DNA of 64,000 nt from Patescibacteria group bacterium (lineage in GTDB: Bacteria; Patescibacteriota; Minisyncoccia; Phycocordibacterales; JBBUBG01). The stretch is taken from contig JAZKIQ010000004.1 in assembly GCA_040384765.1 (NCBI GenBank), positions 63,434 to 127,433 of the forward strand. The letters run 5' to 3'. Made by a program: the position numbers and the translations under genes. Of the stretch, positions 28,157-37,955 are shown piece by piece. Numbering within the stretch: position 1 is the first letter of the stretch; the number at the start of each line of letters is the position of its first letter. Under the pieces are notes generated by a model. The model was not told the origin of the DNA, did not search any database, and was given only the letters and a program-made list of their open reading frames with translations.

Positions 28157-29008
28157 GTGCCGTTTTCGTATAATAAATGGTTGCTAGTGGCTCTTCTTCT
28201 CGCTGGGAATATCGGCGTTTGGAATGCAGTTGCGGCAGAAGCCGCGCACCCTTTGCGCATATATGTGCTCGATGTGGGCCAAGGGGATGCGATATATGTA
28301 GAAGCTCCAAACGGAAACAGTCTTCTCTTGGACGGTGGGCCTGACCGTTCGGTACTCCGAAGGCTTGGTGAAATTATGCCCTGGTATCGGAGGTCGATCG
28401 ACCTCATCGCTCTTTCTCACCCGCACAAAGATCATTTTGAAGGTCTTATTGACGTTGTCTCTCGGTATAAGGTTGGCGGACTGGTTGGCTCGGGTACACA
28501 AACGGATGACCCGTACTACCGGTCTTGGCGCGAGGCTCTGATTCAGGAAAAAGTATCTGAGGTGATTCTCGGCAAGGGCGCAGTGATCGACCTCGGCGGT
28601 GGTGTTCTCTTGACCACGCTTCTTCCGAGAGAGGATGCGACACACTCAACACCGCATGATGGAATGCTCGTTATGCGTCTTGACTACGGTGAGAGCTCTA
28701 TTCTTTTCACGGGCGATATGGAGGAAAATCTGGAGTCAGGACTCGCGATTTTCGAAAGGGAAGAGATACGGTCAGATGTTCTCAAGGTTGGTCATCATGG
28801 CTCGCGTACTTCGAGCTCCGAGCAGTTTCTCGATGCGGTAGGGCCCGCGATTGCGGTGATCTCTTTGGGAAAAGGGAATAGCTACGGTCATCCGCACAGT
28901 GAAGTAGTGGAGAGGTTGCTCTCGCGCAAGATCGAGATTTTTCGTACTGATAGTGAAGGGACAGTACTACTTGAAAGTGAGGGAGAACGCTTTGTTATTC
29001 AAAAATAG
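28157..29008 (+). CDS. ComEC C-terminal metallo-beta-lactamase domain encoded as a separate ORF
   Basis: YVLDVGQGDAIYV...LSHPHKDHFEGL...KVGHHGSRTSSS. Confidence 0.85.
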   Translation: MPFSYNKWLLVALLLAGNIGVWNAVAAEAAHPLRIYVLDVGQGDAIYVEAPNGNSLLLDGGPDRSVLRRLGEIMPWYRRSIDLIALSHPHKDHFEGLIDVVSRYKVGGLVGSGTQTDDPYYRSWREALIQEKVSEVILGKGAVIDLGGGVLLTTLLPREDATHSTPHDGMLVMRLDYGESSILFTGDMEENLESGLAIFEREEIRSDVLKVGHHGSRTSSSEQFLDAVGPAIAVISLGKGNSYGHPHSEVVERLLSRKIEIFRTDSEGTVLLESEGERFVIQK

Positions 29009-29015
29009 CCCCCAC

Positions 29016-29813
29016 CTAATGAGCATGAGTGCCAGCCTCTGTTTCTGGTGGGAGTACGTATGGTGCGACTACGGGAGATGGAGTAGGAGAAAATGGGCGG
29101 ATGCTCGCGAGAAGAGTTTTCCCTTCTTCTCTGTAGTTTTGAGTAAGGAGATCTTTTTGTTCTGCGACATAGTACCAGGTACGGATAACTATGCCGTTTA
29201 TGACTTCGCGTTTTTGGAGCGCGTAGATAGAAAGTGGGCCGAGGTTTGCGGGATCTTGGCAGTTTAGCGCGCGTGTTTCGATGAGGCGCGCCCGGAGAGA
29301 GGTGGGAAGCTCTGTGGGTATCGTATAGAGGCAGCGGTCAAAAAAGCTTTGCTGGTAGAGATTGGGGCGAGTTGGGATATCGCTTGTGCGAACACCTGTG
29401 GGGAAAATCTCTACGATAATCGTTTTTGTGACGCTACCGATTGTTGCGTAGACTGACTCTTTTTTTACAAAAATCGCTTGCACTACGTGGCCCGGCTTGT
29501 CGGCAAAGGTGAGCTTGCGTTCTCCTGCGTATGCCCAGCTGAGGTCGGGGAGTGGCATCGCTGTCCTGGTGCCGTTTGCTTCTATCAAGTAGGTGTTCGA
29601 AGCCCCGCCATTTCCGTTTGCGAGAACTGCTACATGGCCCGTACCCGGAGTGTTGATCGCTTTTGAGAAAGGGTCGACCAGCCCGTACATAAGTGTGTAT
29701 ACGACAAAAGCGGCAAACCAGAGGCCAAGGAAGAGGACGAGGAGTCTGAATATAAGAAACCCCTCAATCCACTTGAACGACTTTGAGATTGCGTCTGAGA
29801 TCAAGGTAAACAT
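29016..29813 (-). CDS. Membrane-anchored hypothetical protein (265 aa)
   Basis: TM FLIFRLLVLFLGLWFAAFVVYTLMYG. Confidence 0.5.
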   Translation of the reverse strand: MFTLISDAISKSFKWIEGFLIFRLLVLFLGLWFAAFVVYTLMYGLVDPFSKAINTPGTGHVAVLANGNGGASNTYLIEANGTRTAMPLPDLSWAYAGERKLTFADKPGHVVQAIFVKKESVYATIGSVTKTIIVEIFPTGVRTSDIPTRPNLYQQSFFDRCLYTIPTELPTSLRARLIETRALNCQDPANLGPLSIYALQKREVINGIVIRTWYYVAEQKDLLTQNYREEGKTLLASIRPFSPTPSPVVAPYVLPPETEAGTHAH

Positions 29814-29865
29814 CTCTTTTAGTATCCCATAGAAAGCGGAAAGTTTTTAGGAGAACAGGGTAGAG

Positions 29866-29900
29866 AAAAAGAAACACCGCCACTTTGTGGCGGTGTTTCT
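29866..29900. terminator. Bidirectional terminator hairpin
   Basis: aaagaaacaccgccac-tttg-tggcggtgtttcttt. Confidence 0.7.
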
Positions 29901-29912
29901 TTAGATTTTCTT

Positions 29913-30010
29913 ATTGCCTAGTGAAGTGAGAGTCGCGAAAGTGTACTCACTTTCATGACCGAACGAATGACGGCAAAAAAGTGAGCACACTTTATGCTGC
30001 GACTGGCTCT
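29913..30010 (+). repeat. Family-2 element copy A (5' module); its 3' part encodes the last codons and stop of rpmB on the opposite strand
   Basis: ATTGCCTAGTGAAGTGAGAGTCGCGAAAGTGTACTCACTTTCATGACCGAACGAATGACGGCAAAAAAGTGAG. Confidence 0.75.
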
Positions 30011-30240
30011 GCTTTAGGTGTTATCGTTTTTCGCTTGCGTGCAGTTGAAGGTCCGAGGTGGAGCGATGCTTTCAAGCAGTGTGTACAGATTTTGATACGT
30101 GAACCGTCTGCGAGGCGTGCCCACTGCAGGTTTGGCTGCCGACGGCGAGTGCCTGTCGGGTTGAATTTTGTAGCACGAACACGGTTGGAGTAGCCTCCTC
30201 CGTTGTGCGTACCTTTGCTGCAAATAGGGCACATCTTCAT
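29992..30240 (-). CDS. rpmB: Ribosomal protein L28 with a C-terminal extension
   Basis: MKMCPICSKGTHNGGGYSNRVRATKFNPTGTRRRQPNLQW...CTHCLKA. Confidence 0.8.
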   Translation of the reverse strand: MKMCPICSKGTHNGGGYSNRVRATKFNPTGTRRRQPNLQWARLADGSRIKICTHCLKASLHLGPSTARKRKTITPKAEPVAA

Positions 30241-30245
30241 GGTTT

Positions 30246-30875
30246 TTGTATGCTACTATACCTCTACTCTCCATGCAAGGATTTTCACTCATTTTTGACC
30301 TCCTGATCGTCCTCGTTTCCGTCATTGTGCACGAAGTTTCGCACGGGTATATGGCGGCGTATCTCGGCGACCCTACAGCGAAGCTTTCGGGTCGCCTGAC
30401 CCTCAATCCGCTTTCGCACCTTGATCCGTTTGGCTCGATTTTGTTGCCAGGGATGCTCTATTTTATAGGTGCACCGATGATCGGATATGCAAAGCCGGTA
30501 CCGTACAATCCATATAACCTTCGCGGTGGGAAATGGGGACCTGCGCTTGTTGCAATGGCGGGACCCGGGACCAATTTTCTTATCGCTCTTATTTTTGGTC
30601 TTTTGCTCAGGTTTGCTCCGGTTGATCTGGCAACTGTCTCGGTGCTTTCGTCGATCGTACTTATCAATATTGTACTTGGTGTTTTCAACTCGATACCTGT
30701 GGCTCCGCTTGATGGATCGAAGGTGCTTTTTGCCCTTCTTCCATATCGCTACTATTGGGTAGAGGAGTGGGCCGAGCGATACAGTCTTGTGCTCGTGCTA
30801 CTTTTTATCATTCTTGGTTGGCCGCTCGTGGAGTGGATTGTGCCGCTTGTCTTCCGGTTGATTGTCGGTGTTTGA
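30246..30875 (+). CDS. Membrane zinc metalloprotease (site-2 protease/M50-like)
   Basis: HEVSHGY (HExxH) in a TM segment; LDGS motif. Confidence 0.8.
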   Translation: MYATIPLLSMQGFSLIFDLLIVLVSVIVHEVSHGYMAAYLGDPTAKLSGRLTLNPLSHLDPFGSILLPGMLYFIGAPMIGYAKPVPYNPYNLRGGKWGPALVAMAGPGTNFLIALIFGLLLRFAPVDLATVSVLSSIVLINIVLGVFNSIPVAPLDGSKVLFALLPYRYYWVEEWAERYSLVLVLLFIILGWPLVEWIVPLVFRLIVGV

Positions 30876-31001
30876 AGCACGTTTTAAAACCGCAGATTCG
30901 CGAAGCCGAGGGAGAAAAATGCGAGGTGTACACAAGGTACAGTGAGTGTTTTTCGACCGATGGCGACAAAGAAGGTGGGGTTTTAAAACGTGCTTCAGGA
31001 G
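30874..31001. repeat. 18-bp perfect inverted repeat enclosing a 92-nt loop, overlapping the protease stop codon
   Basis: gaagcacgttttaaaacc ... ggttttaaaacgtgcttc. Confidence 0.6.
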
Positions 31002-31137
31002 GTATACTATCCTCGGCTTGTAAAAACAGGGGGAAGAAAGGGGTGATCTCAGGTGCCTTTTTCAAAAAGGGGAGCGGCTGGAAAGAAGCTATTCGGACTT
31101 TCCACGGCAGATACAGAACAGAGTACTGAAAAAAAGG

Positions 31138-31814
31138 AGGTGATCGTACGTGCGCTCGTGCCTCTTGTGGAGGGTGCGCGGTCGCTCCTGCATATCGGGG
31201 CAGGGGACGGCGCTCTTGCCATCCCTCTTTCTCGAGTGGTGACTCGGTATGTAGCCCTCGATCGTAGGCCGACACATCTCAGGGCTCTCAAGGCAGCAGG
31301 CCTGGAGGTGATTGAGGGTACGTTTCCGTGCCCTGTCCGGACGAGTCGGGCGCTTGGGGTGAGAACCGAAGGGTTTGCTCGCGTGGTGGCATGCGAGATA
31401 GTGCCATCTCGGCAGGACCAGCTCGAGGCGTTCATTACGAGTGCTTGGTCGTCCGTAGAGAGTCAGGGCGCGCTTATCCTCGTGGTTCTTGATGACGAGG
31501 ATTCGGAGTGGCGGCTGCTTCTCGAAAAGCTTGGGCTCTTCGAGGATTCGGGTATCGTTCCGGGAAGAATCGACACAATCGCTTCAATGCTCGTGGGGAA
31601 GGGTAGCCTCGACATGATTGCTCTCGGGTCGGTCCTTGTTTCGGACGGATATGCGGATTTCATCGCAGAGCTTGCCCGTATCTATCTACGGGGCGACGCT
31701 GGCCACGACCGGTGCTTTCGAGCGACTGAAGCCCTGCTCAAGGCCCGATACTGGAACGGGACCTCCTTTTTATTCCCGCTTACGCACCTTATCTATAGGT
31801 GCATTCGCTTCTAG
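31138..31814 (+). CDS. Putative SAM-dependent methyltransferase-like protein (start uncertain)
   Basis: LLHIGAGDGALAIPL glycine-rich loop; SD aaggaggtga upstream. Confidence 0.5.
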
Positions 31815-31833
31815 CCTCGGGTTCACGATGGCG

Positions 31834-31868
31834 CTGCGCACGGCTTCCGTGCGCAGTTCTCTTTTTCT
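31834..31868 (+). terminator. Rho-independent terminator
   Basis: ctgcgcacgg-cttc-cgtgcgcag followed by ttctctttttc. Confidence 0.65.
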
Positions 31869-31869
31869 G

Positions 31870-31898
31870 TTGACAACCACCCTCCCTTTGCTTACTAT
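31870..31898 (+). promoter_or_regulatory. Consensus sigma70 promoter TTGACA-17-TACTAT for rpsL-rpsG-fusA
   Basis: ttgaca(31870-31875), spacer, tactat(31893-31898). Confidence 0.65.
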
Positions 31899-31913
31899 GT
31901 ACCTCTACATATC

Positions 31914-32333
31914 ATGTCGACCATCAATCAGCTCATACGCAAGCCCCGCAAGCCTTCTCGCCGGCTCTCGCGCACCGTTGCGCTCGCGCGCGGCTTTAAC
32001 ACGCTTAAGAACCGCCCGGTGTTTTATCCAGCGCCTTTTAAGCGAGGTGTATGCACAAAGGTATCGACTACAACTCCGAAAAAGCCTAACTCAGCTCTCC
32101 GAAAGATCGCCCGCGTTCGCCTTACGAACGGCATGGAGGTTACCGCATATATTCCTGGTATTGGCCACAATCTTCAGGAGCACTCAGTGGTGATCATCCG
32201 CGGCGGCAAGGTAAAGGACCTTCCTGGTGTTCGATATCATATCGTTCGCGGTATGCTCGATGCATCTGGCGTAGACAAGCGTAATCAGTCGCGCTCGAAG
32301 TATGGTGCAAAGCGACCAAAGGCTAAGAAGTAA
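31914..32333 (+). CDS. rpsL: Ribosomal protein S12
   Basis: [31 protein letters not shown]... Confidence 0.96.
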   Translation: MSTINQLIRKPRKPSRRLSRTVALARGFNTLKNRPVFYPAPFKRGVCTKVSTTTPKKPNSALRKIARVRLTNGMEVTAYIPGIGHNLQEHSVVIIRGGKVKDLPGVRYHIVRGMLDASGVDKRNQSRSKYGAKRPKAKK

Positions 32334-32347
32334 TTTTGTAATATCTC

Positions 32348-32818
32348 ATGCGACGCAAAGTAAAAGGACGAAATATAGTAAAACCGGATTTCAAATACAA
32401 TTCGGTGAAGATTGCTCAGTTCATCAACTACACCATGGAGGATGGCAAGAAGGAGGTTGCCCGAAAGGTGGTGTACGGTATGCTCGAGGATCTGAAAAGG
32501 GATATGAAGGTTGAGAACCCGGTAGAGCTTTTTGAGATTGCGATCAAGAACGTGGCGCCTTCAACCGAGGTGCGCAGCCGCCGCATTGGTGGTGCTACAT
32601 ACCAGGTACCTCGCGAGGTTCGTCCGGAGCGTCGACAGGCACTTGCGTATCGCTGGATTCTTGATGCAGCACGCAGCAAGAAAGGTTCGCCAATCCAGAA
32701 GCGTCTTGCGGATGAGATTATCGCTGCATCAAAGAACGAAGGGGAAGCGGTGCGCAAGAGAGAGAACACTCAGAAGATGGCTGACGCGAACCGGGCATTT
32801 GCACATTTTGCTTGGTAA
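32348..32818 (+). CDS. rpsG: Ribosomal protein S7
   Basis: Canonical S7 sequence. Confidence 0.96.
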   Translation: MRRKVKGRNIVKPDFKYNSVKIAQFINYTMEDGKKEVARKVVYGMLEDLKRDMKVENPVELFEIAIKNVAPSTEVRSRRIGGATYQVPREVRPERRQALAYRWILDAARSKKGSPIQKRLADEIIAASKNEGEAVRKRENTQKMADANRAFAHFAW

Positions 32819-32820
32819 GT

Positions 32821-32931
32821 GGCGCTCGCCACAGTTCCTTTTTGGAACACGGATAATTTTTTGCTAAAAATTTCCTCGAGCTCGCGCCGGTCGCGCTCCC
32901 TAGTTTCCAAAAAGGAACTGTGGCGAGCGCC
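32821..32931. repeat. Family-1 element copy 3, inside the str operon between rpsG and fusA
   Basis: 18-bp perfect arms ggcgctcgccacagttcc / ggaactgtggcgagcgcc; core variant ...GGATAATTTTTTGCTAAAAATTTCC... Confidence 0.8.
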
Positions 32932-32989
32932 CTCGCTTGTTTCGAGTGCGCGATTGCCGGATTTTAAATAAAAATAAATTACACAAGGA

Positions 32990-35125
32990 ATGGAACGTGA
33001 CTATCCTCTAGAGAAAGTACGCAACTTCGGTATCATCGCTCATATCGACGCGGGAAAGACGACAACGTCCGAGCGTATTTTGTACTACACCGGAGAGACT
33101 CATAAGATCGGTGAGGTGCATGAAGGAGAGACAGTTACGGACTGGATGGAGCAGGAGCGCGAGCGTGGTATCACTATTACTGCCGCCGCTATCACCTGTT
33201 TTTGGAACCCGACCTACGTGGCAAAAGGGGATGTTTCAAAGAAACATCGTTTCAATATTATCGACACTCCGGGGCATATCGACTTTACCGTAGAGGTAAA
33301 GCGATCGCTCCGCGTGCTCGACGGTGCTGTCGTGGTATTTGACGGAGTAGCCGGTGTAGAGCCTCAGTCAGAGACCAACTGGCGCTATGCCGACGATGCT
33401 ATGACCCCTCGCATCTGTTTCATCAACAAGCTCGACCGTATGGGTGCCTCATTTGAGCGCTCGTTCGCTTCGATCCTCGATCGTCTCAACAAAAACGCTG
33501 TTCGCGTGCAGATCCCTATGGGTCTCGAAGAGCATTTTGGCGGCGTGATCGACCTTCTCAAAATGAAGGCATATTACTTCGAAGGGGAGATGGGCAACAC
33601 GATTCGTGAGGAAGAGGTGCCAGCAGAATATATGGAGGAGGCAAAGAAGTATCGTGCAGAGCTCGTCGAAAAAATCGCCGCAGAAGATGATGCCCTTATG
33701 GCTAAGTTCCTCGATGGCGCAGAGCTCTCTCTCCCAGAGCTCAAGGCGGGTCTTCGCAAGGCAACGCTTGCGGTGAAGCTTATCCCTGTTTTTACCGGCT
33801 CCGCGCTCAAGAACAAGGGTGTACAGCTCGTACTCGATGGCGTGGTGGACTACCTTCCTTCGCCTGTAGATATGCCGCCAGTACACGGTATTGATCCAGC
33901 AACGGGTGCAGATATTGCCCGAAGCGCTTCTGATACAGAGCCATTTTCTGCTCTCGCTTTCAAGCTTCAGGTGGACCCCTTTGTGGGACAGCTCACGTTC
34001 TTCCGTGTCTACTCAGGTACGCTCGAAGCAGGAAGCTATATTTACAACGCAACAACAGGTGAAAAGGAGCGCCTTGGCCGCATCGTGCGCCTTCAGGCAG
34101 ATAAGCGGGAAGAGGTAAAGAAAGTGTTCGCGGGAGAGATCGCCGCCGCGGTAGGCCTCAAGAGCGCGCGCACTTCGCACACTTTTTGTGACGAATCGAA
34201 ACCGATCATCCTTGATCCGATCAAGTTCGTTGATCCCGTAGTATCGCTCAGGATCGAGCCAAAGACGAAGGCTGACCAGGAGAAGATGGGTATGGCGCTC
34301 AAGAAGCTTGCTGATGAAGATCCTACCTTCCAGATCACCTCAAACGCGGAAACCGCTGAGACGCTTGTTTCAGGCATGGGAGAGCTTCATCTTGAGATCA
34401 TGATCGATCGCATGAAGCGCGAGTTTGGCGTGGAGGCAACAGTGGGCAAGCCACAGGTGGCATATCGTGAGACTATTCTCGGTACCGCTGAAGCAGAGTG
34501 CAAATATGTAAAGCAGTCTGGTGGAAAAGGTCAGTATGCTCATGTGAAGATCCGCGTAAAGCCACTCGACCTTTCCGAAGAGCCTTCAAAGCAGACGAAG
34601 CGTCGAGATCATTTCGAATTTACAAACTCAATCAAAGGTGGACTCATTCCGCAGGAGTTTATCCCAGCAGTGGAGAAGGGTCTTATCGAAGGCCTTTCGC
34701 GTGGTGTTGTTGCAGGATTTGCGCTCGTGGACGTGTCGGTGGAGCTTTTCCATGGTTCGTACCACGATGTAGACTCTTCTGAAATCGCCTTCAAGATCGC
34801 AGGATCGATGGCCGTGCAAGATGCGGTAAAGCAGGCTCGTCCGGTGATCCTTGAGCCGATCATGCGCGTAGAGGTGGTGATGCCAGAACGATTTATGGGT
34901 GATGTTACCGGCTCGCTCAACTCAAAGCGTGGTCAGATCGAAGCGATGGAAGACCGTGGTCTCAACAAGGTGATCCGCGCCAAGGTGCCTCTTTCAGAGA
35001 TGTTTGGGTACGTAACGAACCTTCGCTCTATGACCGAAGGCCGCGGCAGCTCCTCGATGGAGTTCGCAGAGTATGCAGTGGTACCGCCAAACGTAGCCGC
35101 AACGATTGCCGCAAAGGTAAAGTAA
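32990..35125 (+). CDS. fusA: Elongation factor G
   Basis: [12 protein letters not shown]...; 711 aa. Confidence 0.97.
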   Translation: MERDYPLEKVRNFGIIAHIDAGKTTTSERILYYTGETHKIGEVHEGETVTDWMEQERERGITITAAAITCFWNPTYVAKGDVSKKHRFNIIDTPGHIDFTVEVKRSLRVLDGAVVVFDGVAGVEPQSETNWRYADDAMTPRICFINKLDRMGASFERSFASILDRLNKNAVRVQIPMGLEEHFGGVIDLLKMKAYYFEGEMGNTIREEEVPAEYMEEAKKYRAELVEKIAAEDDALMAKFLDGAELSLPELKAGLRKATLAVKLIPVFTGSALKNKGVQLVLDGVVDYLPSPVDMPPVHGIDPATGADIARSASDTEPFSALAFKLQVDPFVGQLTFFRVYSGTLEAGSYIYNATTGEKERLGRIVRLQADKREEVKKVFAGEIAAAVGLKSARTSHTFCDESKPIILDPIKFVDPVVSLRIEPKTKADQEKMGMALKKLADEDPTFQITSNAETAETLVSGMGELHLEIMIDRMKREFGVEATVGKPQVAYRETILGTAEAECKYVKQSGGKGQYAHVKIRVKPLDLSEEPSKQTKRRDHFEFTNSIKGGLIPQEFIPAVEKGLIEGLSRGVVAGFALVDVSVELFHGSYHDVDSSEIAFKIAGSMAVQDAVKQARPVILEPIMRVEVVMPERFMGDVTGSLNSKRGQIEAMEDRGLNKVIRAKVPLSEMFGYVTNLRSMTEGRGSSSMEFAEYAVVPPNVAATIAAKVK

Positions 35126-35142
35126 ACAGAATTTTAATCAGA

Positions 35143-35170
35143 AAAGCCCCGGCAGATGCCGGGGCTTTTC
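35143..35170 (+). terminator. Rho-independent terminator after fusA
   Basis: aaaagccccggcagatgccggggcttttc. Confidence 0.7.
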
Positions 35171-35251
35171 TGATGTGGACACTGAAGGCCTATTCTAAAA
35201 GAAAATCCGCGGCGGCCCGAAGGGTCGCCGCGGATTGCGTGGAGAAGTCGA

Positions 35252-35695
35252 TCACCGCTTTCGTCCCTTTCGGAAATAGATGGGAAGGGGAGAGATGATC
35301 TGGAGGAGTTGTCCTTTTTGGTGAGAGTTCCACCACTTAGCCACCCGCGCATGCACCGCGCGGTACTGGGCAAGCTCACGTCGGGTGATCGCTTCCGTTT
35401 TGAACTTCTGCCGATCGCGGAGAGATTCTTCTCGGGCAACCCCCATCATCTGCTCGAAATCGCCCGACCTCGGGTCGACGGTTTCGCGCATGATGTTCGT
35501 GCGAAGGTCGCCGATTATTTCGGTAATGTAGTCTCGATCTTGCTGCTCTTCGATGTCAGGAAAGTCTCTAAGCGGTCGACCTTCCTCGTCGTGAGACGCT
35601 ATGGTGACATCGTACTCGGGCCGATTGTGCGTCGGTGCACTGAGGAGCAGTGTGGGCAGTACACACAGGGCGAATGACATGAACAGAAACTTCAT
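35252..35695 (-). CDS. Secreted hypothetical protein (start MKFLFMSF; SD aaaggaga)
   Basis: Signal peptide MKFLFMSFALCVLPTLLLSA. Confidence 0.55.
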   Translation of the reverse strand: MKFLFMSFALCVLPTLLLSAPTHNRPEYDVTIASHDEEGRPLRDFPDIEEQQDRDYITEIIGDLRTNIMRETVDPRSGDFEQMMGVAREESLRDRQKFKTEAITRRELAQYRAVHARVAKWWNSHQKGQLLQIISPLPIYFRKGRKR

Positions 35696-35808
35696 GGGCG
35701 CATCTCCTTTGATGGGTCGCTCTACGTCTGCTGTAGATATACCACGGGAGTGTCGCCTATAAAAACACAAAAAACGTCCAAGGCGACTTTTGTGATACAT
35801 TTAGACTC

Positions 35809-36495
35809 ATGAATAGAAATACTCTTGGGGTGCTTTCGATTGTGCTCCTCGCAATAGTAGCGTTTGTGTCGTATCAGCCGCCTACGCCAGTGACGATCGA
35901 GGAGGTCGCTAAAGAACAGCCTGCTACCACAACCGCAAAAACCGTCACAGCAACGGCCGTCTCCGAGGTAAAGACAGATCCCTACGAGGGGTGGAACACC
36001 TACAAAAACGATACGTACGGTTTTTCGCTTCGGTATCCTGCTGATTGGGTAGTCGAGGCTATCGATGGTTCATATGCTCCACCACCATCTCCTACGTTCC
36101 AAGTGATCAGTATTTTCCCGCGCAAATATCGTGGCAGCGCGCATCCCGAGCAGGCGATCATCATAAGCCCTGATATTCAAAGCCCTGTTATTGATAGCGC
36201 TCGAGGTGGTGTTGATTCACTTCAGTACCGCTTTTCAATCAATGACCAAGAGCTTTTTCAGGAGTTTCGAACTGAGTTTGGGCCAGAGGGATACCAGCTT
36301 TCAACAGATGTGACGAAAGTGAACGGTCTGCCAGTTCTGATGGTGTATTCAACTCGGTTTCAGGTCCCAGCAGGACTGTTCTTTGCGCTGGAAGAAGCTC
36401 AGTTTGTAAAAGTAGAAAATGTGCTGCCAAGGGCGCCTGAAACGCATGTACAGAAGCTAAACGAAAAGATTCTTCTTTCTCTGAAAACGTTCTAG
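35809..36495 (+). CDS. Membrane-anchored hypothetical protein (228 aa)
   Basis: TM LGVLSIVLLAIVAFV. Confidence 0.5.
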   Translation: MNRNTLGVLSIVLLAIVAFVSYQPPTPVTIEEVAKEQPATTTAKTVTATAVSEVKTDPYEGWNTYKNDTYGFSLRYPADWVVEAIDGSYAPPPSPTFQVISIFPRKYRGSAHPEQAIIISPDIQSPVIDSARGGVDSLQYRFSINDQELFQEFRTEFGPEGYQLSTDVTKVNGLPVLMVYSTRFQVPAGLFFALEEAQFVKVENVLPRAPETHVQKLNEKILLSLKTF

Positions 36496-36518
36496 GTAGT
36501 TGTGCTACTGTTAGTTGT

Positions 36519-36947
36519 ATGCGACGCCTCAACCCGCTTTGGGCAGTGCTTATTATGTTCGCCTCTGCGATGGTGCCTATCGCGCTTTCGTTTGCGGCAG
36601 GGAGCTGGTGTTTTAAGAATGCAACTGACGCGAGTGGGTGCGATGCCTTCGCTTTTATTGCAATTCCGTTTATCGTACTGGGACTCTTTGGAGGACTGCT
36701 CCTTTTTTACCTCACCTTTTTCCTTCGCGTAATCTATCGCAAGCAAAGGGTGCTGGGCCTCTCGACGAGAGCCTATGCGCTCGTCGTGCTGGCGCGTTTT
36801 TGTGCGGTAGCTATTCCCGCCGTAGTACTGCTCGAGCAGTACTCACCAGGAGCGCTTTTTGGAGAAACACTTCTCTCGTATCTGCCAGGACTTTTTATCT
36901 TCTGGTTTGGTTCACTTTTGTACTTAAACAAGAAGAAGGCACTCTAG
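36519..36947 (+). CDS. Polytopic membrane hypothetical protein (142 aa)
   Basis: Four hydrophobic segments. Confidence 0.5.
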   Translation: MRRLNPLWAVLIMFASAMVPIALSFAAGSWCFKNATDASGCDAFAFIAIPFIVLGLFGGLLLFYLTFFLRVIYRKQRVLGLSTRAYALVVLARFCAVAIPAVVLLEQYSPGALFGETLLSYLPGLFIFWFGSLLYLNKKKAL

Positions 36948-37001
36948 AGATATTCCGCTCTTTTTGTGATACCCTCGAGCGAGAAGGGGGTGAGGAGAGA
37001 G

Positions 37002-37214
37002 ATGACTGAGCGAGCTGATGCTACTGATCAGTGTCATGTCACTTCGTGCGAGAATCGCGTGCCTGAGAACGATGCCGCGTTCTATTGCGACACGTGCCAG
37101 GAGGCGGTATGCAAGGAGCATGTTCGCCCTGCACCGACCGCGAAAGGCGACAGGCCTCGCAACAGGTGCACCCAGTGTCAGAAGGCAGGTATCCAGGTTA
37201 TGCGTGTCGCGTAG
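37002..37214 (+). CDS. Small Cys-rich zinc-ribbon-like protein (70 aa)
   Basis: CHVTSC...CDTC...CKEH...CTQC; SD ggtgaggagag. Confidence 0.45.
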   Translation: MTERADATDQCHVTSCENRVPENDAAFYCDTCQEAVCKEHVRPAPTAKGDRPRNRCTQCQKAGIQVMRVA

Positions 37215-37416
37215 CTTTGAGCCTGCGATCCATGACTCCGCGCGCCTACCCGGTGCGCGGTTCTCTTTTGTATAAGTGGCATAATCCACTTTTTGCCGTC
37301 ACTCGTTCGGGTATGAAAAGTGCTCTTTTCATGCCTCTCACTTCGCTAGGCAATAAAAAATGAAAGCCGTCATCTCCATCTTGCAAGGCAAGGGGAGCAT
37401 GACGGCTTCGAAGGTC

Positions 37417-37737
37417 TCAGGCGGCGCTACTGTTCCAGTAGCGGTCCGTCCGAGGGGGAAGGTACTTGAGGTAGACGAGGAGCCTGATGCGGGCATCTTC
37501 ACCAGCGGCTTCGCCAAGTTCTTCGGCGAAAGCGTACACGAGCCGGCGCTGTTCAGCGCGGCCGAGCGGCGCCCTGCTCCGGTGTCGCTCACTTTCCCGA
37601 TTCACTTTTTGAGTCGGGAATGCTGGGCGAAGAACACGACGGGGATCGGCGAGTCCCTCTGCGCCGCAGTTTGCACACCGGTCACTTATCATGCCGGTAG
37701 AGCATGAGCCGCACTCTTGGCATACGGGTTTTGCCAT
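37417..37737 (-). CDS. Small zinc-ribbon protein (106 aa; start MAKPVCQECGSC)
   Basis: CQECGSC...CANCG; SD gaaggaggtg; consensus promoter upstream. Confidence 0.5.
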   Translation of the reverse strand: MAKPVCQECGSCSTGMISDRCANCGAEGLADPRRVLRPAFPTQKVNRESERHRSRAPLGRAEQRRLVYAFAEELGEAAGEDARIRLLVYLKYLPPRTDRYWNSSAA

Positions 37738-37764
37738 GACGCACACCTCCTTCAGGAGAAGATT

Positions 37765-37793
37765 ATAGCACTTTTGGAGCAAAAGTCAATCTG
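37765..37793 (-). promoter_or_regulatory. Consensus sigma70 promoter TTGACT-16-TATAAT (minus strand)
   Basis: rc reads ttgacttttgctccaaaagtgctataat. Confidence 0.65.
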
Positions 37794-37828
37794 TTCTGTA
37801 CTCACTTTTTTGTGACCTTTGGGTGGGG

Positions 37829-37857
37829 TTGACTCGAGGGTACTCTTTCTGTAGTAT
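37829..37857 (+). promoter_or_regulatory. Sigma70 promoter TTGACT-17-TAGTAT for tuf
   Basis: ttgactcgagggtactctttctgtagtat. Confidence 0.6.
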
Positions 37858-37955
37858 TGTCCTACGCACGTTTCAAGGCGTTTTTTTGTTTGAATTAACA
37901 CTAACTGCTTCCTCCTGGCACGCTCGATGCGGTCAGTGAAGCTCATACCCAACAT

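Noticed and set aside
30755-31129. 124-aa plus ORF spanning the 18-bp inverted repeat
   Set aside because: It runs through the hairpin and overlaps the protease gene end. It is Cys/Arg-rich with no signals.
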